A DNA stretch of 64,000 nucleotides from Pseudomonadota bacterium (GTDB taxonomy: Bacteria > Pseudomonadota > Alphaproteobacteria > Rickettsiales > SXRF01), in the NCBI GenBank assembly GCA_963205245.1, contig CAUJIB010000007.1:446-64445 (forward strand). Reading direction: 5' to 3'. Positions 21,945 through 32,214 of the stretch are shown here, in pieces. The notes under the pieces were generated by a model. That model saw only the letters and a program-made list of their open reading frames with translations, was not told where the DNA came from and ran no database searches. Both the position numbers and the translations under genes were made by a program. Within the stretch, counting starts at the first letter, position 1. The number at the start of each line of letters is the position of its first letter.

Positions 21945-22891
21945 AAAAAATTGGCTTATTCGATACTTCAATCGCTTCAGATAATCTTGGCGATGGTATA
22001 ATTATGGATGCAGTGAGCAGCCACTTGCGCGCTATGTATCCTACTGATCAATTTATTAATGTGCCTACTCATATAAAAATGAGTGCGCAAAACCGTGCAG
22101 ATATAAAAACCAGTGAAATTGGTTTCGTGGGCGGAACAAATTTGTTATGCGCAAATTGGCTGCTCAAAGCGCAGTGGAAAGTGGGCTTATGGGATTTGCT
22201 CTATGTTCCAAATACTGTGCTTATGGGTGTGGGTTGGAAATTTTACCAACGCCCAACCGAATTTGTTACGGCATTATTTCTAAAGCAGCTTCTTTCCAAA
22301 AACTATATTCATTCGGTGCGCGATGCTTATACCGAGCAACGCTTGAGAACGATGGGCATAAATAACGTCATCAACACGGCCTGCCCAACGATGTGGAACC
22401 TTACGCCTGAACATTGTGAGTTCATACCCACGAAGCGCGCGCCGCATGTTCTTACCACTGTCACTGCTTATCGCTATGATCCTGAGCTGGATAAAAAATG
22501 GTTGGAAATTTTACTCGCTGCTTATGATAAAATTTATCTCTGGCCGCAAATGCAAGGCGATGCTGAATATGTTCAGGCTATGAATCTTGGCAAAAAAATT
22601 GAGGTGTTAGAGCCAACTCTTTCTGCTTATGACAATGCCCTTGCTACACTTGACGTGGATTTTCTTGGCACACGTTTGCATGGCGGTATCCGCGCTTTAC
22701 AGCATAAACGCAGAACCTTGATTATAGAGGTGGATAACCGCGCAGTGGAAATCGCCCGTGATACTGGTCTGCCTACTATCAAGCGCGATGATGTGGCTGG
22801 GATAAAAAACTGGATAGAAAGCACTACCCCGATAAAATTAACCCTGCCTTGGGAAAATATCAAAAACTGGAAAGCACAGTTCCGGAAATAA
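21941..22891 (+). CDS. polysaccharide pyruvyl transferase-like protein
   Basis: N-terminal SDNLGDGII motif and size typical of CsaB/WcaK-type enzymes. Confidence 0.65.
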   Translation: MKKIGLFDTSIASDNLGDGIIMDAVSSHLRAMYPTDQFINVPTHIKMSAQNRADIKTSEIGFVGGTNLLCANWLLKAQWKVGLWDLLYVPNTVLMGVGWKFYQRPTEFVTALFLKQLLSKNYIHSVRDAYTEQRLRTMGINNVINTACPTMWNLTPEHCEFIPTKRAPHVLTTVTAYRYDPELDKKWLEILLAAYDKIYLWPQMQGDAEYVQAMNLGKKIEVLEPTLSAYDNALATLDVDFLGTRLHGGIRALQHKRRTLIIEVDNRAVEIARDTGLPTIKRDDVAGIKNWIESTTPIKLTLPWENIKNWKAQFRK

Positions 22892-22912
22892 TTTTTTATT
22901 GGAAAGAAGTTA

Positions 22913-24397
22913 TCAAAATATCCGCGTGCGGTTGCGCGGGTGATTGGGATTGTTCGGATTATTTGGATCTCGCGTACGATCAGCAAAACTTTTGTCGTCC
23001 GGATTGAGCGGCGAGGCGGGAGAGATATTAGCGGACGCTCCAAGATTTTTTGCTTCCCGCGCTATTTTTGCATTCATATGCAGCATGTCATTGGCTTGTT
23101 TATGGCTTTTATGTATTGCGCTTCCTGCCTGCTTGATGGCGGCCATGTCTATTTTTCCTAAAGCTTCAACTGTTTTTGAATCTCCGCGCAGGTTAGCAAG
23201 AACCCTCTCGTGTTGAATAGCGGTGTAAGCCTTATGGGCTGCTTTATTTATTGCTTTATGCATATGTTGACGGCGACGGCGACGGCGCATTTTTTCTGAT
23301 TGCTCGGCAAGGGCAGATTCGGTTTCTTCTTTATGCTCATGCTTTTTATGCGCTTCAATTTCTTCATTGGCTTTTTCCACGCCGCCTTCCATTTTATGCA
23401 TCAGGCGGTTGAGGCTCACACTCTGGAATTTTTTTGCACCTTCAATATCAGCTGATATTTGCTGTAGTGATGATGCTTGATTAGGTATTTCTTTAGCGGC
23501 CATCAATTTTATTCCATTTGCGCAATTACCCGCTGCATCATTGGCATTTTTTACCCGCTCATCATTGATGATATTAGGGTTGGTACGCATTGCCTCAGAA
23601 AGCAGGTTTTTGTAAACATCAAGCATTTCTGAAACCCTTTTAGCAAAGGCAAGTTTTTCATTTGGCCTGCCTGTATCAATTGCATCTTCTATATTCCTGT
23701 CGCTGAACGTCATATTTTTTAAGCGGCGTAATATTTCCCGTGCTAATTCTATGGATTCTTCCCGCGCAGGATCCTCCAACGTGTCAATAGAATAAAGCTG
23801 CCGCACCGCGTCTTGAATAATATTGCTGACTTCAACCAGCCTATCCACAGGAGATCGGTCGCCAAGCGGTTTATTCAAAAGATGGCTAAGTCCGCTTTCC
23901 AGAGAATCTATCAATTGTTCAGTACTCTGCGTTTGCCTGTTATCCCATTCCGGTAAAATTTCATCAAGCTCGCTATCTAAAGCATCTGCCGAAGGGCTAT
24001 CTTCAGGCAGGTTTTCTAGAGTATGCAGTGTGACAGAAACTGCTATACTTCCCACAGCATGGTTAGCGTGATCAATAGTAAAATGATTAAGTAAATCAGG
24101 ATTGCTGATTTGCGCGATTTTTACCTGTCCGGTATAAATATTAATCAGGTTTTCCAATATAGATATTTTGGTTTGTTGCTCGGTCAGGCTATCAATCTTA
24201 AGCCAGTTTTCCATATCTTGCGGCAGGCCTTGCAGATTCCTCAGGAGGCGCAAATTTTTTCGCACTGTTTCTATGATATTGTCCTGCGTAGGTGGAACAG
24301 GTAATGATTCTGGGGATTGCAGTTTATGCGCTATATCAAGCAGTGCGTAGCTGCTTACGAGCAATTTACCTAAAAGGTTTTGGGATTGTTCTTCCAT
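22913..24397 (-). CDS. hypothetical protein, helical/coiled-coil, basic patch and Pro/Asn-rich tail
   Basis: 494-aa ORF with an RRRRRQH patch and a C-terminal DPNNPNNPNHPRNR tail. No enzymatic motif. Confidence 0.5.
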   Translation of the reverse strand: MEEQSQNLLGKLLVSSYALLDIAHKLQSPESLPVPPTQDNIIETVRKNLRLLRNLQGLPQDMENWLKIDSLTEQQTKISILENLINIYTGQVKIAQISNPDLLNHFTIDHANHAVGSIAVSVTLHTLENLPEDSPSADALDSELDEILPEWDNRQTQSTEQLIDSLESGLSHLLNKPLGDRSPVDRLVEVSNIIQDAVRQLYSIDTLEDPAREESIELAREILRRLKNMTFSDRNIEDAIDTGRPNEKLAFAKRVSEMLDVYKNLLSEAMRTNPNIINDERVKNANDAAGNCANGIKLMAAKEIPNQASSLQQISADIEGAKKFQSVSLNRLMHKMEGGVEKANEEIEAHKKHEHKEETESALAEQSEKMRRRRRRQHMHKAINKAAHKAYTAIQHERVLANLRGDSKTVEALGKIDMAAIKQAGSAIHKSHKQANDMLHMNAKIAREAKNLGASANISPASPLNPDDKSFADRTRDPNNPNNPNHPRNRTRIF

Positions 24398-24427
24398 ATC
24401 TGCTATATTATAACAATATAATATTAG

Positions 24428-24706
24428 TTATGCTGGTTGGGCAGGTTGTTGGTTATTTTCCTCAGCGGCGGCAGTACCCATTGCGTATACACATAAATCC
24501 TCAAAAGAAACATTGTTTTCCAATGCGATTTTATGAAGGCGTTCAAAGCTATCCATAACTTCCTGCGGGATAGTGCCACCGCGAATAGTAGATAGCCACC
24601 ATGCCTGATGTTGCAGCGGATGGCGGGCAGGGTGGGGTTCGCCTACATAAACATGGAATGGATATTTTACCCCATTAAAATCACACGGAACAGTAAAACG
24701 CTTCAT
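24428..24706 (-). CDS. small conserved-looking hypothetical protein
   Basis: 92-aa ORF (MKRFTVPCDFNGVKYPFHVYVGEPHP...). Function not assignable. Confidence 0.45.
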   Translation of the reverse strand: MKRFTVPCDFNGVKYPFHVYVGEPHPARHPLQHQAWWLSTIRGGTIPQEVMDSFERLHKIALENNVSFEDLCVYAMGTAAAEENNQQPAQPA

Positions 24707-25005
24707 AGTTTACCCAATGTTTTTTAAGTTTTTGAATTTAAGATAATATAACATAGCTATATTACAAAATTATGACAGAAAGCTATAAAAAATCTAGCGC
24801 AAATAGCCGTTGTTTATTTGGTAATTATCAGTTCTTGTTTTTGTAAAATATGAAATCAGAATTTTTTATGACGTTTACTATATTTTAATAATATCTTAGT
24901 AAAAGTATTTTTTATATATTTATTGCATTAGTTGCGTTGTTTAACTACTAGATATGGTATATTCGTAATTTGATGTATCTATAGTATCACAGAATAGGGT
25001 AGATC

Positions 25006-26970
25006 GTGAAAAAAATGTCAATCAGAATTGTTTTGCTTCTGTCTTGCGCTGTTTTGACATCAAGCTGTGATATGAGCCGTAAGGATTATAGCAAGCTAGA
25101 TCCCATTGATCGTGATGCTTCCCTGACAAGGGAAGATTTCAGGGCAATGCGTGATGCTTCTACTCTTAAAAAACCGGAAATTACCGCAAATGCAACTAAT
25201 GTGGTTGAGCCACCAATCCCTGATCTAGCTGAGATTCTTGCTGCCCCACCGAAGCCAAAAATCGGTGAAACACAGCTTGTGTCACTTGCTGTAACGGATG
25301 ATGTGCCGCTTAAAGATGTATTATTGGAAGTAGCCCGCCTTGCTAATATAGATATTGATGTGGATGCCGGCATAACAGGTGGCGTATCGCTTCGCGCTAA
25401 GGACAGGCCGTTTAATGAGATAATAGAGCGTATCTCTGATATGGCAGGGTTGCGTTATAGCATGAAAAATGGAGTGCTGCGGATAGAACGTGATACGCCT
25501 TATGTTAAACTTTATTCTTTAGATTTGCTAAATAGCGAGCGTAGCTCTAACGGTAGTATAAATATTGGTGGTTCAGCTGGTGGTGCTTCCTCTGGTGGTG
25601 GAGCTGATGGCGGTGGAGCTGGAGGCGGATCATCAGGTATGAGTGCCAGTGGCTCTAGTTCCAGCATTACTGCAAAGGCGGACAGTGATTTTTGGAGAAA
25701 GTTTGAAGGTAGTATAGGTCAGATTCTTGCATATACCCCGACACCACGTGCTTCAGCAACAACTATTGCACCAGTTCCTGCTCCTCCGCAAGGTGTAGTA
25801 CCTCAGCAACAATCATCTAATTCTAATGCAGCTTCTGGTTTGACAGTGAAACCAGTGCAGGCATCTGTGTTTGAGCCAGTGCCAAATCAAGTTCCAAACG
25901 GTCAGGTAGGATCTTCTACGCAAGTTACGGGCGCACCGGGAACATTTTATGTGGTGAACCGTCAGGCTTCTACGCTTACTGTTTCTGCGACAGAAAAACA
26001 ACATGAGATGATCAAGAAATTTCTAGATAAGATTGTTGCCAATACTTCATCGCAGGTCTTGATAGAAGCAAAAGTGATAGAGGTAAGTTTAAGTGATTCT
26101 TATCAAAGCGGTATCAATTGGACAAAGTTTGGTGGTAATAGCATTAGCTTTGCTGGAGATTTATCAAAATCCGTAGAAGGTACTACTGGCAATGAAGTGC
26201 CTGTTATGACCATTCTAAAAAATGATGTTTTACGAACTGGGATTGATCTTTCTGCTGCTGTTAATTTGTTGGATGAGTTTGGAACAACGCGTGCTTTATC
26301 TAGCCCACGCCTTAATGCTATGAACAACCAGCAGGCTGTACTCAGTTTTGTTGAGGATTTAAGATTCTTTGAAGTAAAGATTGATACCACTGATCCAATT
26401 AGGGATAATGTCGGTAATATAACAACTCCGGCAAAAGTAACGGTTAACAGTACACCAAAAACATCTCCTGTTGGGATAGTGCTTAATTTACAACCTTCTA
26501 TAAATATGGACAACAAGGAAGTTACTCTCAGTGTTCGCCCAACCATTACACGCTTGATAAAACTGGTATCAGATCCCGGTTTTGAAGTATCAAAAGCAAC
26601 TGCTATTGCGGCACTTTCTGAGAGCGGATCTCCAGCTTCAACCATTACGGCTCTTTCTTCTACCCATAGTGATTTTCCACAGTTGGAAACACGTGAACTT
26701 GATTCTATAGTTAAGGTTAAAAGCGGTCAGACCTTGGTAATTGGTGGTTTGCTGGAAGATAAAATCATTAATATTGATGGCGGCGTACCCTATGCTAGCG
26801 AAGTTCCGTTCTTTGGCAATCTCTTTAAGGCTGTTGATAAAAGAAATACCAAGAAGGAACTGGTTATTTTTATCCGTGCTACGATTGTAGGAAGCAGCGG
26901 CAGTGCCGATTCTTATGATAAGGCGATATATGACAAATTTATACAAGATCCGCGCCCGCTTAAATTTTAG
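25006..26970 (+). CDS. secretin-family outer-membrane lipoprotein (GspD/PilQ/MshL-like)
   Basis: Lipobox LTSSC. C-terminal secretin core (VKSGQTLVIGGLLEDK...GVPYASEVPFFGNLF...ELVIFIRATIV). Internal Gly/Ser-rich linker. Confidence 0.85.
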   Translation: MKKMSIRIVLLLSCAVLTSSCDMSRKDYSKLDPIDRDASLTREDFRAMRDASTLKKPEITANATNVVEPPIPDLAEILAAPPKPKIGETQLVSLAVTDDVPLKDVLLEVARLANIDIDVDAGITGGVSLRAKDRPFNEIIERISDMAGLRYSMKNGVLRIERDTPYVKLYSLDLLNSERSSNGSINIGGSAGGASSGGGADGGGAGGGSSGMSASGSSSSITAKADSDFWRKFEGSIGQILAYTPTPRASATTIAPVPAPPQGVVPQQQSSNSNAASGLTVKPVQASVFEPVPNQVPNGQVGSSTQVTGAPGTFYVVNRQASTLTVSATEKQHEMIKKFLDKIVANTSSQVLIEAKVIEVSLSDSYQSGINWTKFGGNSISFAGDLSKSVEGTTGNEVPVMTILKNDVLRTGIDLSAAVNLLDEFGTTRALSSPRLNAMNNQQAVLSFVEDLRFFEVKIDTTDPIRDNVGNITTPAKVTVNSTPKTSPVGIVLNLQPSINMDNKEVTLSVRPTITRLIKLVSDPGFEVSKATAIAALSESGSPASTITALSSTHSDFPQLETRELDSIVKVKSGQTLVIGGLLEDKIINIDGGVPYASEVPFFGNLFKAVDKRNTKKELVIFIRATIVGSSGSADSYDKAIYDKFIQDPRPLKF

Positions 26971-26993
26971 TTTATAAAAACAGGGAGCTTTTT

Positions 26994-27752
26994 ATGCTTA
27001 CCAATATCCGCTATATATTAATTACTGCGTTACGCGACAGATTATTTATTGGTTTATTAATTGGCGTTTTAATAGCGACGGCTATATCTGCTACTTTAGG
27101 TAGCACTGCATTTATAGAAGAGCGGGAAATGACTATTACCTATGCCTCTGCTTCGGCACGGCTGATTCTGATGGTGGGTATGATAGTTTTTGTTTGTTTT
27201 CATATCCGTAGTGCCTTTGACACAAAAGAAATAGATGTAATTCTCTCTAGACCTATTTCCCGCACTAATCTGATTATCTCATACTGGCTTGGTTTTTCGT
27301 TTGTTGGTTTATTACTGATTTTGCCTGTAGTGGTTATAATTGCTTTTATTGGTGCTAATAATTTTTCTGGTTTTCTTGGATGGTCAGTAAGTCTATTATT
27401 AGAGATGACTCTAGTGGTCGTATTGGCTTTGTTCGCTGCATTTACCATGCGTAGTGCAGTCACTGCAGTACTTGGCTGTATGGGATTTTATGTTCTTTCA
27501 CGGATGATGGCATTTTTTGTATTTACATCGGATTCTGGAATTTTTAATGATCCTAAATTTATAGTTTTACGCTGGCTTCTTAAAGCAATTTCTACCCTGC
27601 TTCCCCGCCTTGATTTATTTGGTAAAAGTGAATGGTTGGTTTACGGTTTTAATTCAGCTTTAGAATGGCAGCTATATGTTTCTCAGGCATTAATTTTTAT
27701 TCCGCTTTTGATTGCTGCTACCATGATAGATTTTAAGCGTAAGCAATTTTGA
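26994..27752 (+). CDS. polytopic membrane protein (ABC-2 permease-like topology)
   Basis: About 6 TM segments. Follows the secretin gene after a 23-nt gap and overlaps the next ORF by 4 nt. Confidence 0.5.
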   Translation: MLTNIRYILITALRDRLFIGLLIGVLIATAISATLGSTAFIEEREMTITYASASARLILMVGMIVFVCFHIRSAFDTKEIDVILSRPISRTNLIISYWLGFSFVGLLLILPVVVIIAFIGANNFSGFLGWSVSLLLEMTLVVVLALFAAFTMRSAVTAVLGCMGFYVLSRMMAFFVFTSDSGIFNDPKFIVLRWLLKAISTLLPRLDLFGKSEWLVYGFNSALEWQLYVSQALIFIPLLIAATMIDFKRKQF

Positions 27753-28462
27753 TTATGGGGATAAAATTACAATTTTTTTTGCGTAATTATTCACTGCTAT
27801 TAGTGCTGTGCTTATTGCAATTGGGTTTTTGGTATAAAAGCAAGGATGTTGTACCGGAAATGGGAATTGTACCTGATGTGCCGGGGCGAGAGGCGCTACA
27901 TGCTATGACCTTTGGTGATGACCAGTTTTATTTTCGTATGTTTGCTTTTAATCTGCAAAATGCCGGTGATACTTTTGGCAGATCCACAGCATTGCGTTAC
28001 TATGATTTTAATAAACTTTACCATTGGTTTAATTTGCTGGATGAGTTAGATGCAAAATCCAATATGATTCCGGCAATGGCTACTTACTATTTCAGTCAAA
28101 CCCAGAATGTAGCAGATGTACGTTATATAGTTGATTATATTTATATCCATTCTACTCGGGATGTTGCTGCAAAATGGTGGTGGTTGGTGCAGGCTATTTA
28201 TTTAGCTATGCACAAATTGGAGGATAAAGACCTAGCCCTAAAAGTATCTACGCCGCTGGTAAATGAAAATGTACCGGCATGGGCACAGCAGATGGCAGCG
28301 GTGGTGCGTGAAAAGCGTGGGGAGATGGAAGATGCCTTAAAGATAATGGAAACCATAAATGACAATGCCAAAGAGATCAAAGATTCTGATTTGAAATATA
28401 TGACTTATTTTATTGAGGAGCGTCTTAAAAAATTAGACAAAACACAAAAATCAAAAAGATAA
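27749..28462 (+). CDS. hypothetical protein with N-terminal membrane anchor
   Basis: 237-aa ORF, 4-nt overlap with the upstream gene. Confidence 0.45.
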   Translation: MIMGIKLQFFLRNYSLLLVLCLLQLGFWYKSKDVVPEMGIVPDVPGREALHAMTFGDDQFYFRMFAFNLQNAGDTFGRSTALRYYDFNKLYHWFNLLDELDAKSNMIPAMATYYFSQTQNVADVRYIVDYIYIHSTRDVAAKWWWLVQAIYLAMHKLEDKDLALKVSTPLVNENVPAWAQQMAAVVREKRGEMEDALKIMETINDNAKEIKDSDLKYMTYFIEERLKKLDKTQKSKR

Positions 28463-28476
28463 TTAAAAAGAATAAT

Positions 28477-29340
28477 ATGTTTGGTACGATTTTAGAGCAG
28501 CGCGCGATTATAAGTTTAAGTGGTGAAGAAACGATAGATTTTCTTCAGGGGCTTATTAGTAATGATACTCGTCCTCTTACAGAGGGGGAAGTTGTTTATG
28601 CTGCTCTCCTTTCTCCGCAAGGAAGATTTTTGCACGATTTTTTTCTAGTACCATGGCTGGGGAAAATATTAATTGATGTAAGCCGCAGTCGTTTGCCAGA
28701 TCTTTTGGCTCGTCTTAAACTCTACCGTCTCCGTTCAAAAATTGAAATTACGCCGGAAGATACATTATGCGTTGCGGCATTATGGAATGAGAAATTAGAT
28801 AGTGAAGCAATTAATAACGATAATTATAAAATTTATACTGATCCACGCCTAAAAGAGTTAGGGGTTAGGTTGGTTGGTTCAAAAGACTCTATAAATACAT
28901 TTTTCAACCAGTTAGTTTGTGAAAAAGTGGAAGAGGCTGCATATAAATATATGAGGATTTCGTTAACTATTCCCGATACAGAAGACATGATTGTTGAGAA
29001 ATCATTATTGCTTGAATGTGGGTTTGAGCAATTGAATGGAGTGAATTTCTCCAAAGGATGCTATATTGGACAGGAAGTTACTGCCCGTAGCAAGTTCCGT
29101 GGTCAGGCACGCAGGTCTTTTTACCAAGTTAAATCCAGTAATGATTTACCGGAAATAGGTGTACCTATAATGCTAGGGGATAAAGTGGCAGGAGAGTTAC
29201 GTACTTCTTGTAATAATATAGGTATAGCGATTATTTATAATGAGGATTATGAAGCCGTACGTAATAACAATATGGCTTTGATATGCAAAGGTGAAAAGCT
29301 TGATGTCTCACCTGCAAGTTGGGCGGAAAAATTAGAATAA
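28477..29340 (+). CDS. ygfZ: YgfZ/CAF17 folate-binding Fe-S cluster repair protein (GcvT-like)
   Basis: Signature KGCYIGQE and LSPQGRF. Confidence 0.8.
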   Translation: MFGTILEQRAIISLSGEETIDFLQGLISNDTRPLTEGEVVYAALLSPQGRFLHDFFLVPWLGKILIDVSRSRLPDLLARLKLYRLRSKIEITPEDTLCVAALWNEKLDSEAINNDNYKIYTDPRLKELGVRLVGSKDSINTFFNQLVCEKVEEAAYKYMRISLTIPDTEDMIVEKSLLLECGFEQLNGVNFSKGCYIGQEVTARSKFRGQARRSFYQVKSSNDLPEIGVPIMLGDKVAGELRTSCNNIGIAIIYNEDYEAVRNNNMALICKGEKLDVSPASWAEKLE

Positions 29341-29398
29341 ATTGGTTATGTTTTATTTTTGTGTTTCATTTTTACAGAAATAAGCTATATTTGTAGCC

Positions 29399-30040
29399 AT
29401 GATAAAAAATATAACAGTGGCGAAACAAAAAATAATCCCGTCGGGGTTAAACCCTGACGCTAACTATGGCGTAGGTTATCGCACAGGTTCTCTCGCCGGA
29501 AAATTTTTGGTGGCATCTCCAGCACTTTCTATGCAGGAATCCTGCTTTACCCGCTCAGTGATTTATGTATGTGCGCATAATGAGTCAGGGGCTATGGGTG
29601 TTATTATTAACTACGCCATAGAAAATGTCAAAATTGATGATGTTATGGAGCAGGTTAATATAAAAACCAAAGCCCCTTACGGTTTGCCGGTATATTTCGG
29701 GGGGCCTGTTGAGAATAACCGCGGATTCATTATTCATAGTGATGATTATTTGGCTGATGGGGTCATTGCTCGCCATGATGGGGTGGTTGTTACCTCAAAT
29801 GCAGAAGTATTGCAGGCAATAGCTGATGGTGTAGGGCCTAAGAGTTTGTTGTTAGCTTTGGGCTATTCCGGTTGGACAGCAGGACAATTAGAGGCAGAAA
29901 TGGAAAGCGGTAGCTGGATAGTAGTTTCAGCTAATAAGCAGCTTTTATTTGAAACAGATAACGATATGAAATGGGCTCTCGCCATAGCTTCGCTCGGGTT
30001 TGATGTCGGAAATCTTTCCAGCGTTGTTGGTCACGCTTAA
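29399..30040 (+). CDS. YqgE/AlgH family (UPF0301) protein
   Basis: FTRSVIYVCAHNESGAMGVIIN and GYSGWTAGQLEAE motifs. Confidence 0.85.
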   Translation: MIKNITVAKQKIIPSGLNPDANYGVGYRTGSLAGKFLVASPALSMQESCFTRSVIYVCAHNESGAMGVIINYAIENVKIDDVMEQVNIKTKAPYGLPVYFGGPVENNRGFIIHSDDYLADGVIARHDGVVVTSNAEVLQAIADGVGPKSLLLALGYSGWTAGQLEAEMESGSWIVVSANKQLLFETDNDMKWALAIASLGFDVGNLSSVVGHA

Positions 30041-30293
30041 AAATAGATTAATCACCTTGTATCACTACTATACCCATCTTTTGGCTATTGATGGAGGCAG
30101 CATTCATATTGAAGATGTAGCATATTGATAAATATAAATATCACCAATGCGAACTTCAAAATGTACCACCATTTTTTGAGGTTGTACATAAACAACTATG
30201 AATGGAAATAAACACAGATAACCAATAAGCCTAGAAAAACCAATGACTTGCTAAACTCAGGCAAACATTAACAAATCAGGAGGGGAAAGAAAA

Positions 30294-30379
30294 TGGTGGA
30301 GGAGGCTGGATTTGAACCAGCGAACTCCTAAGAGGACAGATTTACAGTCTGTTGCCATTGACCGCTCGGCCACTCCTCC
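30294..30379 (-). tRNA. tRNA-Tyr (anticodon GTA), encoded CCA
   Basis: Hand-folded cloverleaf: acceptor GGAGGAG/CUCCUCC, anticodon loop CUGUAAA, long variable arm, T arm GCUGG-UUCAAAU-CCAGC. 86 nt. Confidence 0.9.
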
Positions 30380-30435
30380 ACATAAAAACAAGAAGCAATC
30401 AGTTACGGCACTTGTGTCATAAAGTCAAGCCGCAA

Positions 30436-31692
30436 TCAACGCAAAGGCTGATTAAATCTGTCTTTATAATAATAAAGGGCAATAAGGGAGCAGATATTGC
30501 AGAACATTACATACCAACCGATGGAGCTGTTATCTAAGGTGGAGCGTATAAGCCATTCACATACTATGGGGGCTGTGCCGCCAAAAATAGCAGCGGCAAC
30601 GTTATAAGCAATTGCCATTCCTGTAAAACGAATATTGGTAGGGAACATTTCCACCAGTAGGGCAGGGACTGCGCCTGAATACATGCCAACCAGAGCGGCG
30701 AATATAAATTGTGCTACCCCAATAGATAACATAGGTTCTCCTATAACCATTTGGGAGAATAAAATAGGAGTTATAAAAAACATAGCAATTACAGCTGTAA
30801 TCATCAGTTTTCTGCGTCCTATACGGTCAGAAAGCCAGGCAGAAAAAGGCATGGTAAACAGCATAGCTAACATATTATAAACATTAAAATTCAAGGCCTG
30901 TTTCATGCTGGCACCGAGATGATGCTCGCTAAAGCTGATAAAATAGACTGAGGCAAGGTAAAATGGCATAGTAACGCTCATATATATAGCAAAACCACGC
31001 AACATTTGCCATGGATGTTTGGCAAAAGCCTCACGTACCGGAGTTTTAGATATATTATTATCCTGCTTGGCCGCTTCATATACAGGGCTTTCTTCGCAGC
31101 ATCTGCGGATATAAAAACCAACCAGACCAATGATAATTCCGGCTAGGAACGGTACACGCCATCCCCATGCAGTAAACTCTTCAGTGCCAAGTAAGCTTAC
31201 AGTAAAATTTACTACCAGTGAACCAAGTAAAAACCCTAAAATTAAACTTACTAAAGAAGCAGAACCAGCCCAGCCGCGTTTGTTTGCCGGTGCATGTTCT
31301 ACAATATAAGTAATAGAGCCGGCAAATTCTCCACCTAGTGATAAACCTTGTAACAGGCGGATGATAGTAAGCAAAACCGGTGCGATAATACCAACTTCTG
31401 CATAAGTTGGAAGTAACCCGATGCAACCTGTTGGAATCGCCATCATAAGCACCGCAATTACCATAGCATTTTTGCGACCATAAGCATCACCTATCCAGCC
31501 AAATAATATCGCACCTAGTGGGCGTACTATGAAACCAGCGGCAAAAACTCCGAATGTGGCAAGTAGCTGTACGCTTGCATCACCTTTAGGGAAGAATAAA
31601 GTGCCAAGCAGTGCAGCCATTTGTCCATATAGGGCGTAATCATACCATTCCAACCCATTACCGATCATGCCGGAAGCGACGACTTTTTTCAT
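30436..31692 (-). CDS. MFS transporter, ProP/MHS-like (osmolyte or metabolite:H+ symporter)
   Basis: 12 TM segments and the MFS loop motif GWIGDAYGRK. Confidence 0.85.
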   Translation of the reverse strand: MKKVVASGMIGNGLEWYDYALYGQMAALLGTLFFPKGDASVQLLATFGVFAAGFIVRPLGAILFGWIGDAYGRKNAMVIAVLMMAIPTGCIGLLPTYAEVGIIAPVLLTIIRLLQGLSLGGEFAGSITYIVEHAPANKRGWAGSASLVSLILGFLLGSLVVNFTVSLLGTEEFTAWGWRVPFLAGIIIGLVGFYIRRCCEESPVYEAAKQDNNISKTPVREAFAKHPWQMLRGFAIYMSVTMPFYLASVYFISFSEHHLGASMKQALNFNVYNMLAMLFTMPFSAWLSDRIGRRKLMITAVIAMFFITPILFSQMVIGEPMLSIGVAQFIFAALVGMYSGAVPALLVEMFPTNIRFTGMAIAYNVAAAIFGGTAPIVCEWLIRSTLDNSSIGWYVMFCNICSLIALYYYKDRFNQPLR

Positions 31693-31785
31693 TTTTTATC
31701 CATGCTTAAAAAAATTACTGGCAAACTAATAGCAAAGTACGAAAGCAGCAAGCTTTTTTGATGTTATAAAAACGAATGGGGAAAG

Positions 31786-32214
31786 TTAGTTTTGAGGATT
31801 GGATGGCTGTGGAGGGTTTATAGGTGCTGCAGATAATATTTTATCAAAGTCAATTTCAGTATCACTTTCCTCTAGATCTTTAGGGTTAAGACCAAATATT
31901 TCAGCTACTTTCTCAGTTACTTCACGTGGTGGGGTTCTTCCTTTGCCTGATACGACAATTTCACCATAAGAATCTTTTACAAAATTCTGGATATTATATT
32001 TATCAGCAATTGCTTTTTGGAATTTTTTAGCAAGGCTAGGCTTTACTGCTACATAACACCAATATGAGCCGCGTGTTTCCATAAGACCGCGTACCAGCAT
32101 AACAAGGCGTGATGTGTTATCTCTATCATCAGCCGTAACGCCTGACATTAGTTCTACCTGTGCACCAAGGCAACCGTTGCATCTTGCATTCTTTCGGCAA
32201 ATTTGCTTGCCCAA
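31786..32214 (-). CDS. hypothetical protein (likely start at the internal ATG, 32148)
   Basis: ORF only. Forms a pair with the upstream small membrane ORF. Confidence 0.4.
   Translation of the reverse strand: MGKQICRKNARCNGCLGAQVELMSGVTADDRDNTSRLVMLVRGLMETRGSYWCYVAVKPSLAKKFQKAIADKYNIQNFVKDSYGEIVVSGKGRTPPREVTEKVAEIFGLNPKDLEESDTEIDFDKILSAAPINPPQPSNPQN

Larger units (their letters stand above)
11975..22891. other. Wzy-dependent type surface polysaccharide (EPS/O-antigen) locus
   Basis: Contiguous hydrolase, galE, 2x GT4, PCP, Wza, Wzy-like, acyltransferase and pyruvyl transferase genes. Confidence 0.75.

Noticed and set aside
25560-25680. GGT/GGA/GCT-rich tract that looks like a tandem repeat or contingency locus
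   Set aside because: It is in frame and encodes a Gly/Ser/Ala low-complexity linker of the secretin. The units are imperfect, not a phase-variable simple repeat.
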